A DNA stretch of 64,000 nt from the NCBI GenBank assembly GCA_019873625.1, contig JAIOAW010000006.1, positions 13,252 through 77,251 of the forward strand. The letters are read 5' to 3'. Shown piece after piece: positions 32,283-42,353 of the stretch. Under the pieces are notes generated by a model. That model worked only from the letters and a program-made list of their open reading frames with translations, searched no databases and was not told where the DNA came from. A program made the translations under genes and the position numbers. The DNA is from Chloroflexota bacterium (GTDB taxonomy: Bacteria > Chloroflexota > Anaerolineae > UBA1429). Each line of letters opens with the position of its first letter. Within the stretch, counting starts at the first letter, position 1.

Positions 32283-34214
32283 TTAGCCGGGGCCAAGCAA
32301 GGCTTTACGGACCTCCGTGCCCATACTGAGGGAATGGCTTGTATGGGCCTCCAGCGATGGATAGATAGGGTGCTCTAAAAAAAGGGATGAGGATGGCGGA
32401 GGCGAAATCGTCATCGCACCCTCCAGCCGCACCGCATTGTTCTGGCTTTCCCTTAAAGTTAAACGCTCTCCCGTAGCCCCATTGTACACGCCGATTTCGA
32501 TGGCGTAAGAGCCGTTTGGCCACGCTGCTGAGATGGGTATGAGATGATCGTCTATCACCACCTGGCCACGGCACCAGGTGGTGGGCGGGTATCCTGCGGC
32601 GCTGCCAGGCGCGTGATCGCTTTGGGTGACGAGATGCCCTTCGGCATCCACAACGTGAACAAAAACGGAATAATCAAAATCAGGCGGGCGGATCGCTTGC
32701 CAATAAAGGCGTAAAAGCGCCTCGCTACCCGTTCCCCCAACAGGGGTATTTACCTTTATATCATACCCTTTTAGAGCGATCATTTCGCCAAAGCGATGGT
32801 TTACCTTGTTCGGTGCAAAGAGGAGGCTGGCGCGCGGTGCGGGGGCTACGTCAATATTGGGGTTGATATACTGGATGCCCCGCAAAAAGGGAATGTCCCC
32901 CCAATCCCATAAGCGGTTTGGATTCGTATCCACATTGGCCGGGTAACTGCTCCACAACAACACATTTCGACTCGTGGCGCATCGCCATTGAATCCATCCC
33001 GAAGCAACGGCGGTGAGGCCGAGGGCCACATAAAGGCCCATTCGGTAAGGCACTTTCAACCTCAAAGGACCCTCGAATAAAGGTATGAGATAGAAGGCGA
33101 AAAAAGGGTTCAGATCGGCAAAAAAGCGAGGTCCAGGAGAGTGCCCACCCCACCAACCCGCCGAAAAAACCGAGATAGATACCCAATGAATCACGATAAT
33201 CGCCAGGAGGATTATGTCAATTTTTTTGAGTTGCTTACGATGTATCTTGAGCCATAATCCTACCAAAAAAAAGAGCAAAACAGGGCTGTAGATAAATAGT
33301 CCACGCCCTGGGCTGATGAGAGTACCCGGTAGGCCATCCCAGCGAGGATGGGTTCGCACGGTGCCACTTCCACCGGAAAACGAATAGTAGGGATCAAGCA
33401 ACCTTCCTGATTTGATATAACTATCGGCGAAGACGGGCAAGATCGTTACCAGGCCAAGGCCTACGAAAAGGGGAAAGCGCTTCCGATGCCGAACCAGCAC
33501 GAACAGGCTAAAAAGCGCTATGGGAAGGGCGTTTGTGGGGCGGATAACGTAAGAGAAAAAAAGCGGCAAAGCCGCAGCGTAAACCCAACGGTCATCTTGC
33601 TCGGCGCGGAGTAAAAAATACAGGGTAAGCGAGAGGACGAGCATCGAAGGCCCATGCTGCCAGAGAGATTGGCTGGCGATAGGCCAGGTGTTCATCCCAT
33701 AGGCAAAGAGGAACGACGGGAGGAGAGATCGCCAACGATCCAAATAGAGGCGGCATAAAAAATAGATGACCACCGTCGCTAACGCGGCGATAATCGCCGA
33801 AACGGCCGATTCCAACCTCCCCAAGTACTCTTTTTGAGATTGGGCATAGAGATCCAGATTGAATACGTGCAGGGCTAGCCTATCAAAAAAGTACACAAAA
33901 GGTAAGGCAGTGAGGGTAGGGCCGATAGGATATTGATTATAGATGTGCCCCTGGTACGACCTCGTTGCATATGCATCGCGCCAAGTGATCATATCGCGGT
34001 ATTCGTCGAGGTCAGTGTTCCTTTCGTGGATGAGACTGAGGGCCGTGGGGATGTACCAGCGGGTGTCGCCAAAGTGAACCGCGTGGCCGTTGAATTGAGT
34101 TACAACCATCACGGCAAAAAGGAGAATGGCGATCCAAATGTCTCGCTGGCCCAACCCGCTCGATTTGGAATGCCCCACGACGGTACTCCCATTGGCCTGC
34201 CGAGTGCGGGCCAT
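32283..34214 (-). CDS. GT-C-like polytopic membrane protein, paralog B
   Basis: Colinear with paralog A, sharing long identical peptides (DTRWYIPTALSLIHE, APAPRASLLFAPNK). Confidence 0.75.
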   Translation of the reverse strand: MARTRQANGSTVVGHSKSSGLGQRDIWIAILLFAVMVVTQFNGHAVHFGDTRWYIPTALSLIHERNTDLDEYRDMITWRDAYATRSYQGHIYNQYPIGPTLTALPFVYFFDRLALHVFNLDLYAQSQKEYLGRLESAVSAIIAALATVVIYFLCRLYLDRWRSLLPSFLFAYGMNTWPIASQSLWQHGPSMLVLSLTLYFLLRAEQDDRWVYAAALPLFFSYVIRPTNALPIALFSLFVLVRHRKRFPLFVGLGLVTILPVFADSYIKSGRLLDPYYSFSGGSGTVRTHPRWDGLPGTLISPGRGLFIYSPVLLFFLVGLWLKIHRKQLKKIDIILLAIIVIHWVSISVFSAGWWGGHSPGPRFFADLNPFFAFYLIPLFEGPLRLKVPYRMGLYVALGLTAVASGWIQWRCATSRNVLLWSSYPANVDTNPNRLWDWGDIPFLRGIQYINPNIDVAPAPRASLLFAPNKVNHRFGEMIALKGYDIKVNTPVGGTGSEALLRLYWQAIRPPDFDYSVFVHVVDAEGHLVTQSDHAPGSAAGYPPTTWCRGQVVIDDHLIPISAAWPNGSYAIEIGVYNGATGERLTLRESQNNAVRLEGAMTISPPPSSSLFLEHPIYPSLEAHTSHSLSMGTEVRKALLGPG

Positions 34215-34215
34215 A

Positions 34216-35541
34216 CTAGGCGCGCTGAATCGTCATCTTGGCGACGATCTGCCCCCGAAGGTCTTGGAGTTTCTGGCTGAGCGCCGCATCGCCCGCTTTG
34301 GCGTACTGGGCCGCATAGGCATCGAACAGTTTGAGGAACTCGTCGTTTAACAGGCCGCGGTGCTCTTCGAGGATTTTGCCCGTCTCGCCGGGATAGTCGG
34401 CGCGCAAAAGGCGGCCGATGAGCCGCATCGCGGGCGGCAGATCCTCCTCCAGCACCTCTTGGGCCACGCGCGAGAGGCGCTCGAACTGCTCCATACGCCG
34501 CGTGTCGTTGCGGGCCGAGGCGCGCCCATACAGGCGGCTGAGGACGATGAAAAAGATCTCGTCAATCTCCTCGCGGTGGGCACGCACCGCCGCCGGCAAA
34601 TCCTCCGCCTCGAGGAGTTCCATAATGAGCAGGCTGGCCTCGTCCTCCGCCTCGCGCAAGCGATTGCGCTGGGCGTCTATCTCTGCGAGGATGCTCTCTC
34701 GCAGGGCGCTCAAGGCCTTGGCCTTTTCGGCATCTCCCTGGCGTTCGGCCTCTTCGATGCGCGCCGTGAGGGTTTGGAAGAAGGCGTAGTCCAGCCGCGG
34801 CAGGTTGAGGGCGATCGTCTGGCTCCAGGTAGGCCCGCCCCGGGCCTTCTGGAGCATTTCGATGAACTCGTCAAAGGTCGTGGCCTGTTGAGCAGGGGTC
34901 GCCGTAGGCGAGACGCGCTCCAGCAGCCGATCGCGCAGCGCTTCCAGTTTTTCGGCGCTCTCTCGAGACCCCCTCTGGGCCTCCATCTCGATGAACTCGC
35001 TCAGCGTCAGGAAAAAGGCGTAATCCAGCCGCTCGCGGTTTTCGGAGACGAGTTTTTCGAAGGTAACCTCATCCTCTAGGGCGGCTACGAGATCATCTAT
35101 CAAGCGGATGAGGGCGCGTTGGGCCTCGAGCGCCTCTTTGCTGATGCCGTCGGCCTCTAGAATGGCGTCATAGAGGCCCTCGAGGGTGAGCGCCGTCTTG
35201 GGGTGGAGGAAATAGGCCTTGCGCCCTTCGGGGGGCAGGCTGTTCATCACGGTGTTCACCAGGCTGCCGATGAGGCGCTCCTGTTCCTCCGCCGGCAGGC
35301 CCATCTCAGGCGGCACGAAAGCGATGAGCAACTCTTTAGCCGGGTCATGATACAAGAGGGGGGTGCTCAAAAGGCCGTTGCTCCCGCAGTGCGGGCACTG
35401 AGCGCGGTTGACCTCCCCCGCGAGGAAGCGCTCTTTGAGTTCCGGCTCTTGGCCTACATCTATGATAGTGCGCAGTTGCACGATAAAGGGTTGTTTGCAG
35501 CGTGGGCATACCACGCGCGAGGGAATCGCAGGGAATGCCAT
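34216..35541 (-). CDS. CpXC domain-containing protein
   Basis: CPRC..CPHCG, PLLYHDPAKELLIAFVP, helical C-terminus. Confidence 0.85.
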   Translation of the reverse strand: MAFPAIPSRVVCPRCKQPFIVQLRTIIDVGQEPELKERFLAGEVNRAQCPHCGSNGLLSTPLLYHDPAKELLIAFVPPEMGLPAEEQERLIGSLVNTVMNSLPPEGRKAYFLHPKTALTLEGLYDAILEADGISKEALEAQRALIRLIDDLVAALEDEVTFEKLVSENRERLDYAFFLTLSEFIEMEAQRGSRESAEKLEALRDRLLERVSPTATPAQQATTFDEFIEMLQKARGGPTWSQTIALNLPRLDYAFFQTLTARIEEAERQGDAEKAKALSALRESILAEIDAQRNRLREAEDEASLLIMELLEAEDLPAAVRAHREEIDEIFFIVLSRLYGRASARNDTRRMEQFERLSRVAQEVLEEDLPPAMRLIGRLLRADYPGETGKILEEHRGLLNDEFLKLFDAYAAQYAKAGDAALSQKLQDLRGQIVAKMTIQRA

Positions 35542-35577
35542 ATCCCTTAGGCCTCCTCCATCAGGTTAAGACGGCGC

Positions 35578-36273
35578 TCACACCCACCGTAAGGGGCGCC
35601 TTCTGGCAAGGATGCGCTCCACCAAGGCGTGCGGGTTCGTTACCGTCGCGGCGAGCACCTCCTCCTCCGTCAGGCCCGCGCCGGCAGCGACGCGTTGGGC
35701 GAACTCCAGGGTGATGAGGTCGGAGGGGTCGTGCGCATCGGTATCGAGCACCATCGGCGCGCCGGCCTCGCGGCAGAGGCGGGCCACGTAGCCGTTGGTG
35801 AGCGAATGCCCTTGCCGGGCCGTGATCTCGATAAGGCAGCCGCGCTCGGCGGCCAGGCGCGCCTCTTCGAGGGTGAGGAACCCCGGATGGGCCAGCACGT
35901 CTACCGCCAGCGAGGAAACGGCCGCCCGATTCGTGCCCGGCGCCACCGGCTCTACGATCGTCTCCCCGTGGACGACGACGATTTCCGCGCCGATTGCCTT
36001 GGCGCGGCGCGCGAGGCGGTCAATGCTCATCGGGGCCACATGGGTGAGTTCCACCCCCACGAGGAGGTGCAGGCCGAAATCCTCCGCCTGGTCCTCGGCC
36101 ACGCGGCGCAAGGCGCGGATGATCTCCGCCATATTCGAGGCGTCGACATGGTCGGTGATGGCCACGGCCCCGTGCCCCAAGACGCTCGCCCGGCGCAATA
36201 ACTCGGAGGGCAAGAGCGATCCGTCGCTCAGAATCGAATGGGTATGCAAGTCTATTCGCTGTGCGCGTTCCAT
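35578..36273 (-). CDS. PHP-domain phosphoesterase
   Basis: DLHTHS..SDG, AITDH, GVELTH, VHGET, LAHPG, DTDAH. Confidence 0.9.
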   Translation of the reverse strand: MERAQRIDLHTHSILSDGSLLPSELLRRASVLGHGAVAITDHVDASNMAEIIRALRRVAEDQAEDFGLHLLVGVELTHVAPMSIDRLARRAKAIGAEIVVVHGETIVEPVAPGTNRAAVSSLAVDVLAHPGFLTLEEARLAAERGCLIEITARQGHSLTNGYVARLCREAGAPMVLDTDAHDPSDLITLEFAQRVAAGAGLTEEEVLAATVTNPHALVERILARRRPLRWV

Positions 36274-36330
36274 GGTAGGGTTTAGTATATCTTTCCGTTT
36301 GGCTCTGTCAACGGGTCGTGCTCCAGATAG

Positions 36331-36523
36331 GGCGCGCGAGGCGGGAGCCCCGCGCGCGGGCCAGAAGCCCGCGTTCCCTTTTCCGCCCTCGCCCTAGCCC
36401 TCTCCCGCCCCAACGCGGGAGAGGGAACCGGAGCGCGAGGCTCCCGCCTCGCGTGCGGGCCAGAGGCCCGCGCTCCATATTTTCCCCTCTCCCACCTAAC
36501 GTGGGAGAGGGTTAGGGTGAGGG
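36331..36523. repeat. Composite intergenic repeat: REP doublets plus an inverted box C/CIR-like pair
   Basis: CCCTCGCCCTAGCCCTCTCCC..GGGAGAGGG (from 36386) and CCCTCTCCC..GGGAGAGGGTTAGGGTGAGGG (to 36523) enclose a GGAGC..GCTCC doublet (36430-36476); second degenerate doublet at 36331-36377. Confidence 0.75.
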
Positions 36524-36532
36524 TGGAGCGCT

Positions 36533-39500
36533 TCACAGCCCATCCCACACCATAGCCGGCGGCTCGCGGCGGAACCCCAGCCGTTCCAAGAGCCACCGCG
36601 CCTCCCCTTCCAAGGGCGAAGCGCCGTTCCAGGTGCGCACCCAAACGCGCCGAGGTTGGGCGCAAAGGCCCCCCTCTCGGGTGAGGTGGTCGCGGCAGAG
36701 ACGCACGGCCTCCAGCAGGCGGTTCGCATCGGAGGAGCGGCCCGTCCACCGCGCGGAGCCATGCTCGTAGGAAAGGATGGGCCTCCCCTGCCAGAGGACG
36801 ACGTAATTGGAGGGCAAACGGCTGAGGTGAAAGCCCGATCCACCGCTAGCGCCGGCTGAGGAGAGGTCCTCTTCCGCGCCGCGCCCGTAGACAAATGCCG
36901 GGTCGCAGGCGTTGAGGAGGGTGAGGGTCTCCTCTTCGGCAACCTCTCGCGCGCAGGTGCGCAGTTCTTCCACCGCTTCCGGCAGGGCGAATTGCAGGCC
37001 CGCCAACCCTTGGACGAAATAACCCCTGCGTACTTGGCCGCGCATCTCCATCAAAGCGAGTTGGCGGTAGAGGGAAGGCCAATCTGCCAACCCCGTTTCG
37101 CGCTCCAAGAGGTCGCGCGCCACCACGCCATAGCGCAAGAGGAGTTGCCGAGCCTGGAGTTCGGCCCGTTCTTCTTCCGCAACGCCGCGGCCCCAAATGC
37201 CCACCCTATGCACCAGCGACCAGCGCCCCGGCCAGCGCGTGGGCGGCGCGAGGCGCGGCTCGATGCGCTGGCGGGCCTCACGCCGCCGAGAAGCGGAGGG
37301 GCGCACCCCCGCGAGAGGGGCATATTGGGCGCGCCAGCGGCGCAAATCGGCATCGAGGGCGCTCAAAGCGGGGCGCTCGGCATCGGCCGGCGCGTAATCA
37401 AGGGCCTGGCGCAGCGCGCCAAAGTGGTCGTTCGTCACCAAAGCCGCAAGGAGGAGTTCGACGAGCGCGCCGTCCAAGGTCGCCGCACTGAGGCCCAAGG
37501 CGCGCTGAATATCCGAGGCGTAGCAAGCCCCTTCCTGGCGCAAGAAGGCCCACACGGCGCGCGCCGCCTCGCTGAGCGAGGCCTCTTCTTCGGCGATTTC
37601 GGGGGGAAGCAGCCAGGCCCCCTCCCCACGGAAGAGAAATCTGAGCGCCGTGCGGCGCGCATCCCCCCCAGAGGCGACCCAAACCAAATCCCCTTGCGTC
37701 GAGAGCGTGTCGAGCATCGCGGGGCGGTAGTCGCTCACGCGCAAAGCCAAGAGGTCGCGTTCCCACACGATGGCGGGCGCGGCATAGCCGCGCAGTTGCT
37801 GGAGGGCGCGCAAAAGGCCGGCCTCGCCGGCCAGGCGGTGGGCCGGGTGGGCGTGCTGCCAGCGCAAGGTGAACTCCGCATAGGCCGCCCAAGGGACGGG
37901 CTTCACCTCTTGGCGCAGGAGGTTGAGGGTGCGCCGGTGGATGCGCTCGAGCACACGGCGGTCGCACCACTCGGTTTGTGCGGCGCCTGGGCTGAGCCGC
38001 CCCGTGGCGACTCGCCCCGTCTCGACCATCTCGTTCAAGGTTTGGTCGAGCCAATCCTCCGGGAAAGCATACCGTGCGAGGATTTGTTCCTTGGTGAGCG
38101 GCCCGTGCGAGCGCAAAAGGACGCGCAAGAGCACCTCACGGGCGGCCTCGGGCGTGTGCCGGGGGACGAGATCCGGGGGCGGCGGGAAGGGCAATTCGCC
38201 CTCGCACAGGAGCGCGTCGCGGTAGCGCCAGTAATCTTCGGCGGCGATCCACGCTATGCGCGGCCCTTGGCTCGTAGGGATGGTCATCCGCAGGGCCAGC
38301 CCCTCGGCGGCGAGCCGCAACAGCCAGGCCTCGGCCTCGCCGCCCGCGCGCTCGCGCACCTCCTCGATGCTGAGATCGCCCAATTCGTGCAAGAGGGTGA
38401 GCAACTCTTCTGCGCTGCGCGCTCGGTAACCCTCGGCCAGGTGCTGAAGTTCCTGCTCCACCTGGGCGATGGCCTCCGGCCGCAGGAGATCGGGCAGGGC
38501 GCCCTCCTCGAGGAGTTGGGCCAAGAGTTCGCGGTTGATGGAAAGGGCCTGCATCTGGCGCTCGAGGTGGGGCGCATCCGTATCGTAGAGGTGCACGGCC
38601 ATAAACTCAAAGAGCAGCCCCGCCGCTACGGGCGAGGGAACGAGCGTTTCCGCCTCGACGATGCGAATCTCCCCGTTGCGGATTTGCCCCAGCACCTCCA
38701 AAAGGTGCTCCAGGTCCAACACGTCGCGCAGGCAATCCCGGTAGGTCTCGACGAGGATGGGGAAATCCTCATATCCCCGCACAGAGGCCAAAAGTTCTTT
38801 GGCTCGGAGCCGTTGGAGCCAGAAGGGCGTTCGCCGTTTGGCGCCGCTGAGGCCCGGCAGGAGGAGGGCACGGGCCGCGTTCATACGGAACTGGGCACCA
38901 AACAGCGCCGAGTTGGGCAGTTCGGCCAGGATGCGCTCCCGCGCCTCCTCTGGCCCGAGGGAGCGCACGAGGTCAAGCGGCAGTTCGCGCTCGGCATCCA
39001 GAAAGCGGAAGAGGAGGCCATCGTCGTTGACCTGCACCTCCACTTGCAGGCCCCTTTCCTCGCGCATCGCGTGGGCCAGGGCCAGCGCCCAGGCGCTATT
39101 GACGCGCCCGCCGAAGCAGGAATGGATGACCATACGCTGGTCGCCTAGGGCATCGGTAAAGGTCTCGACGACGATGGTGCGGTCAGAAGAGATCGCCCCC
39201 ACCACATCGAATTGCTGGCGCACGTAATGGGCCGCGTTGCGCGCCGAGTTCTCGTCGAGGGCGTATTCCTGCATCAGCCATTGGAGCACGGGTTGGGTTT
39301 CGGGAGGCCATTCGCCGATGGGCGTTTCGGGGATGGGGAGGTCCCTTACACGCTCGGCCAGAGCGCGGCGGAAGCGCCCCAACCTCAGGCCCATATGGTA
39401 ATCTCGCTTGGGGAGTTCGCCGTGCCAAAAGGGCATACGGGGCAGGCTACCGGCCGCATCGGTTACGATGAGTTTATCCTCGTCTATATCTATGACGCGC

Positions 39501-41245
39501 CAGGTGTTCGAGCCGAGGGCAAAGACGTCGCCTTTTTGCGTTTCGAACACAAACTCTTCGTCCAGGGTGCCGATGGAGGTCTTGCGATCGGGTAGGTAGA
39601 CGCGAAACTCGCCCCGGTCGGCGATGGTGCCCCCATTGCGGATGGCCAAGAGGCGGCTGCCCGGCAGGGGGAGGAGCATATGATGCACCCGATCCCACAC
39701 CAGGCGGGGGCGCAATTCGCGGAAGGCCTCCGTAGGGTAGCCGCCGCTGAGCATCTTGAGCACAGCCTCCAGGGCGGGGCGGGAGAGGTCTTGGTAACCG
39801 TAGGCCTGGCGCACCAGGCGATGGAGCGCCTCGACGCTCCAAGGTTCGCAGGCCACCATGGCCACGATCTGTTGGGCCAAGACGTCTAGGCAGTTCTTGG
39901 GGGTGTAGGTCGGTTCGATATCGCCGTGGAGCATACCGTGGGCCACGGCGGCGGCATCCAACAGGTCTTCCCGGTGGGTGGCATAGATGCGCCCCACACT
40001 CGTTTGCCCCACCAGGTGGCCCGATCGCCCCACGCGCTGCAGGCCGCGCGCGATGCTCCGAGGCGATTGCAATTGCAGGACGATATCCACCGAGCCGATA
40101 TCAATGCCCAACTCGAGCGAACTCGTGGCCACTAGCGCAGGCAGCGCCCCGGCCTTGAGCCGCCGCTCCAGGTCCAGCCGCACCTCGCGCGATACGCTGC
40201 CGTGGTGTGCGCGGAACGGCCCCCCGACGCGCCCTGTGCCGAACATCCCCTCGCCCTTGGGGGCGCCATCTGCCAAGAGGGCAGCGGGCGAGCCGGGGGG
40301 CACCTCTTCGCTTTCCTCCATGGCATACTGCTCGTTAAGGCGATCGGCGGCCCGTTCGGCACCACGGCGCCCATTCGTAAAGATGAGCGTGGTGCGGTGC
40401 CGGCGCACTTCTTCCAGCACATGGGGGATGAGGCTTGGCCAAATGCTGCCCCCGATGACCTGCCGCAAATCGGGCACCACGGTCACCACGCGCAGGTCCA
40501 TCTTTTTTTGCGCGCCGGCGTTGATAATCGTTACCGGCCGAGAGACGAGGCGCTCGCTGCCTTGCTCATCTACCTCCCACGTTTGCCCCACCAGGAAGCG
40601 CCCCACCTCCTCCAACGGGCGCTGGGTGGCCGAAAGGCCAATGCGCTGGAACTCCCGCCCCGTGAGGTGGACGAGCCGCTCTAGGCTCAGGGCCAGGTGC
40701 ACCCCGCGTTTGGTGCCAGAGAGCGTATGGATTTCATCCACGATGACCGTCTGCACGGCGCGCAGGATCTCCCGCGCTTGGGGGCTGGTGAGGATGAGGT
40801 ACAGCGATTCGGGCGTGGTGATGAGGATATGGGGCGGCTGTTTGGCCATCCGCTGGCGTTCGGAGGGAGGCGTATCGCCCGTGCGCACGGCGATATGCAG
40901 GGGCGGCAAATCTATCCCCTCTCGCTTGGCCGTGTAGCGGATGCCCGCCAGCGGTTCCCGCAAGTTGCGGGCGATATCGTTATTCAGGGCCTTGAGGGGC
41001 GAAATGTACAAGAGGCACACCCCTCGCAGCGACGGATCGTGCAAGAGGCCCTCGAAAAGGCGTTGAATGCCCCAGAGGAAGGCGGCCAAGGTCTTGCCCG
41101 AACCGGTGGGCGAAAAGATGAGGGTATTTTCGCCGCGTTGGATGGCCGGCCAGCCCAAGGCCTGCGGAGGCGTCGGCTCGCCGTACGTGGCGCGGAACCA
41201 ATCTCGGATGGGCGGCAAGAAGGATTCAAGCGGCGTGGACATCAT
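36533..41245 (-). CDS. lhr: Lhr-like ATP-dependent SF2 helicase, long form
   Basis: PTGSGKTLAAF, SPLKAL, TTPESL, VDEIH, GLSAT, TSSLELGID, QRVGRSGH; C-terminal VRRGYFV..QFA..NACDP. Confidence 0.93.
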   Translation of the reverse strand: MMSTPLESFLPPIRDWFRATYGEPTPPQALGWPAIQRGENTLIFSPTGSGKTLAAFLWGIQRLFEGLLHDPSLRGVCLLYISPLKALNNDIARNLREPLAGIRYTAKREGIDLPPLHIAVRTGDTPPSERQRMAKQPPHILITTPESLYLILTSPQAREILRAVQTVIVDEIHTLSGTKRGVHLALSLERLVHLTGREFQRIGLSATQRPLEEVGRFLVGQTWEVDEQGSERLVSRPVTIINAGAQKKMDLRVVTVVPDLRQVIGGSIWPSLIPHVLEEVRRHRTTLIFTNGRRGAERAADRLNEQYAMEESEEVPPGSPAALLADGAPKGEGMFGTGRVGGPFRAHHGSVSREVRLDLERRLKAGALPALVATSSLELGIDIGSVDIVLQLQSPRSIARGLQRVGRSGHLVGQTSVGRIYATHREDLLDAAAVAHGMLHGDIEPTYTPKNCLDVLAQQIVAMVACEPWSVEALHRLVRQAYGYQDLSRPALEAVLKMLSGGYPTEAFRELRPRLVWDRVHHMLLPLPGSRLLAIRNGGTIADRGEFRVYLPDRKTSIGTLDEEFVFETQKGDVFALGSNTWRVIDIDEDKLIVTDAAGSLPRMPFWHGELPKRDYHMGLRLGRFRRALAERVRDLPIPETPIGEWPPETQPVLQWLMQEYALDENSARNAAHYVRQQFDVVGAISSDRTIVVETFTDALGDQRMVIHSCFGGRVNSAWALALAHAMREERGLQVEVQVNDDGLLFRFLDAERELPLDLVRSLGPEEARERILAELPNSALFGAQFRMNAARALLLPGLSGAKRRTPFWLQRLRAKELLASVRGYEDFPILVETYRDCLRDVLDLEHLLEVLGQIRNGEIRIVEAETLVPSPVAAGLLFEFMAVHLYDTDAPHLERQMQALSINRELLAQLLEEGALPDLLRPEAIAQVEQELQHLAEGYRARSAEELLTLLHELGDLSIEEVRERAGGEAEAWLLRLAAEGLALRMTIPTSQGPRIAWIAAEDYWRYRDALLCEGELPFPPPPDLVPRHTPEAAREVLLRVLLRSHGPLTKEQILARYAFPEDWLDQTLNEMVETGRVATGRLSPGAAQTEWCDRRVLERIHRRTLNLLRQEVKPVPWAAYAEFTLRWQHAHPAHRLAGEAGLLRALQQLRGYAAPAIVWERDLLALRVSDYRPAMLDTLSTQGDLVWVASGGDARRTALRFLFRGEGAWLLPPEIAEEEASLSEAARAVWAFLRQEGACYASDIQRALGLSAATLDGALVELLLAALVTNDHFGALRQALDYAPADAERPALSALDADLRRWRAQYAPLAGVRPSASRRREARQRIEPRLAPPTRWPGRWSLVHRVGIWGRGVAEEERAELQARQLLLRYGVVARDLLERETGLADWPSLYRQLALMEMRGQVRRGYFVQGLAGLQFALPEAVEELRTCAREVAEEETLTLLNACDPAFVYGRGAEEDLSSAGASGGSGFHLSRLPSNYVVLWQGRPILSYEHGSARWTGRSSDANRLLEAVRLCRDHLTREGGLCAQPRRVWVRTWNGASPLEGEARWLLERLGFRREPPAMVWDGL

Positions 41246-41413
41246 CCGTCCTTTCTGGGGGCATCTTATAGCATACCCCAGAATAACCGCGCTGCAAACA
41301 AAGGGTGAGGGCGTTCTATCCCACCCGTTTGACCAGCCCCCCATTCGGGGGCACAATAAAAAGGAAGAATCCCTCGGCGCCCCAAGGCGTGCTTACTCTT
41401 GAGGAGGGTTCCT

Positions 41414-42325
41414 ATGGACGAACTGGTCAGAATATGGGAATGGCCCGTGCACCCGGAAAACTATATGATCGCGGGCTGGCAACAATGGGCCGACGCGGGC
41501 GAGGTATCCTCCGGCCTGCCGCGATACCTCATCGAACACCTGGGTGCGCGCCGCATCGGCGAGATCAAGCCCGACGGGTTTTATCTATTTCAAATTCCGG
41601 GGGCGCACCACTTGATGCGGCCCCACGTGCGCCTGAAAGATGGCTATTGCCAGGCTATGTCTTCACACCGCAACGACCTGTATTACGTGCCCATCAAAGG
41701 CAAGGGGCTGTTCATCTTTATTGGCGAGGAGCCGAACCAAAACGAAGAACGCTATGCAGGGGCGCTGCTCGATCTCGTTCAAGCGCTGAACATCAAGCGC
41801 GTGGTCGCCGTAGGGGGCGTGTATGGGGCTATGCCCTTCGAGAAAGATCGCGAGATTTCGTGCGTGTACAGCCTACCCCGGCTGCGTGCGGAGTTGAACA
41901 ATTACGCGGTGCGCTTTTCCGATTACGAAGGGGGCACGACCATCACCACCTATCTCGCCTACCACGCCGAAAGGCGGCAAATCGAGTTCATCGCAATGTA
42001 TGCCTTCGCGCCGGCCTACGAGTTCACGCAACTTGGCCTGACGGTGCAGGCGATGCGCGTGGAAGAGGATTGGAAGGCCTGGCTCGACCTGATGCGGCGC
42101 ATTGACTATATGTTCAAGTTGGACCTGGATTTGAGCGATCTCGAGGAGCGCAGCCGCGACCTGACCGAGGCTTGGCAACGCAAGGTGGATGAATTAGAAC
42201 AGCGCCACCCCGAACTGCACATCAAGAGTTACCTGGAGAGAATCTCCAAAGATTTCGAAGAGCGCCCCTTTATCCCCCTCGATAAGGCCTGGGACGAACT
42301 CAGCGACCTCTTGGATAAGGTGTGA
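41414..42325 (+). CDS. PAC2 (proteasome assembly chaperone-like) family protein
   Basis: AGWQQWADAG, GEEP, YEG, DLSDLEE; GAGGAGG SD. Confidence 0.8.
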   Translation: MDELVRIWEWPVHPENYMIAGWQQWADAGEVSSGLPRYLIEHLGARRIGEIKPDGFYLFQIPGAHHLMRPHVRLKDGYCQAMSSHRNDLYYVPIKGKGLFIFIGEEPNQNEERYAGALLDLVQALNIKRVVAVGGVYGAMPFEKDREISCVYSLPRLRAELNNYAVRFSDYEGGTTITTYLAYHAERRQIEFIAMYAFAPAYEFTQLGLTVQAMRVEEDWKAWLDLMRRIDYMFKLDLDLSDLEERSRDLTEAWQRKVDELEQRHPELHIKSYLERISKDFEERPFIPLDKAWDELSDLLDKV

Positions 42326-42353
42326 CCGATTGGGGCCTGGCCGGCGGGGCGCC

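Noticed and set aside
36992..39148. 718-aa ORF antisense to lhr
   Set aside because: Mirror-frame shadow ORF; the same applies to 7813-9171, 42861-44114 and 62049-63212.
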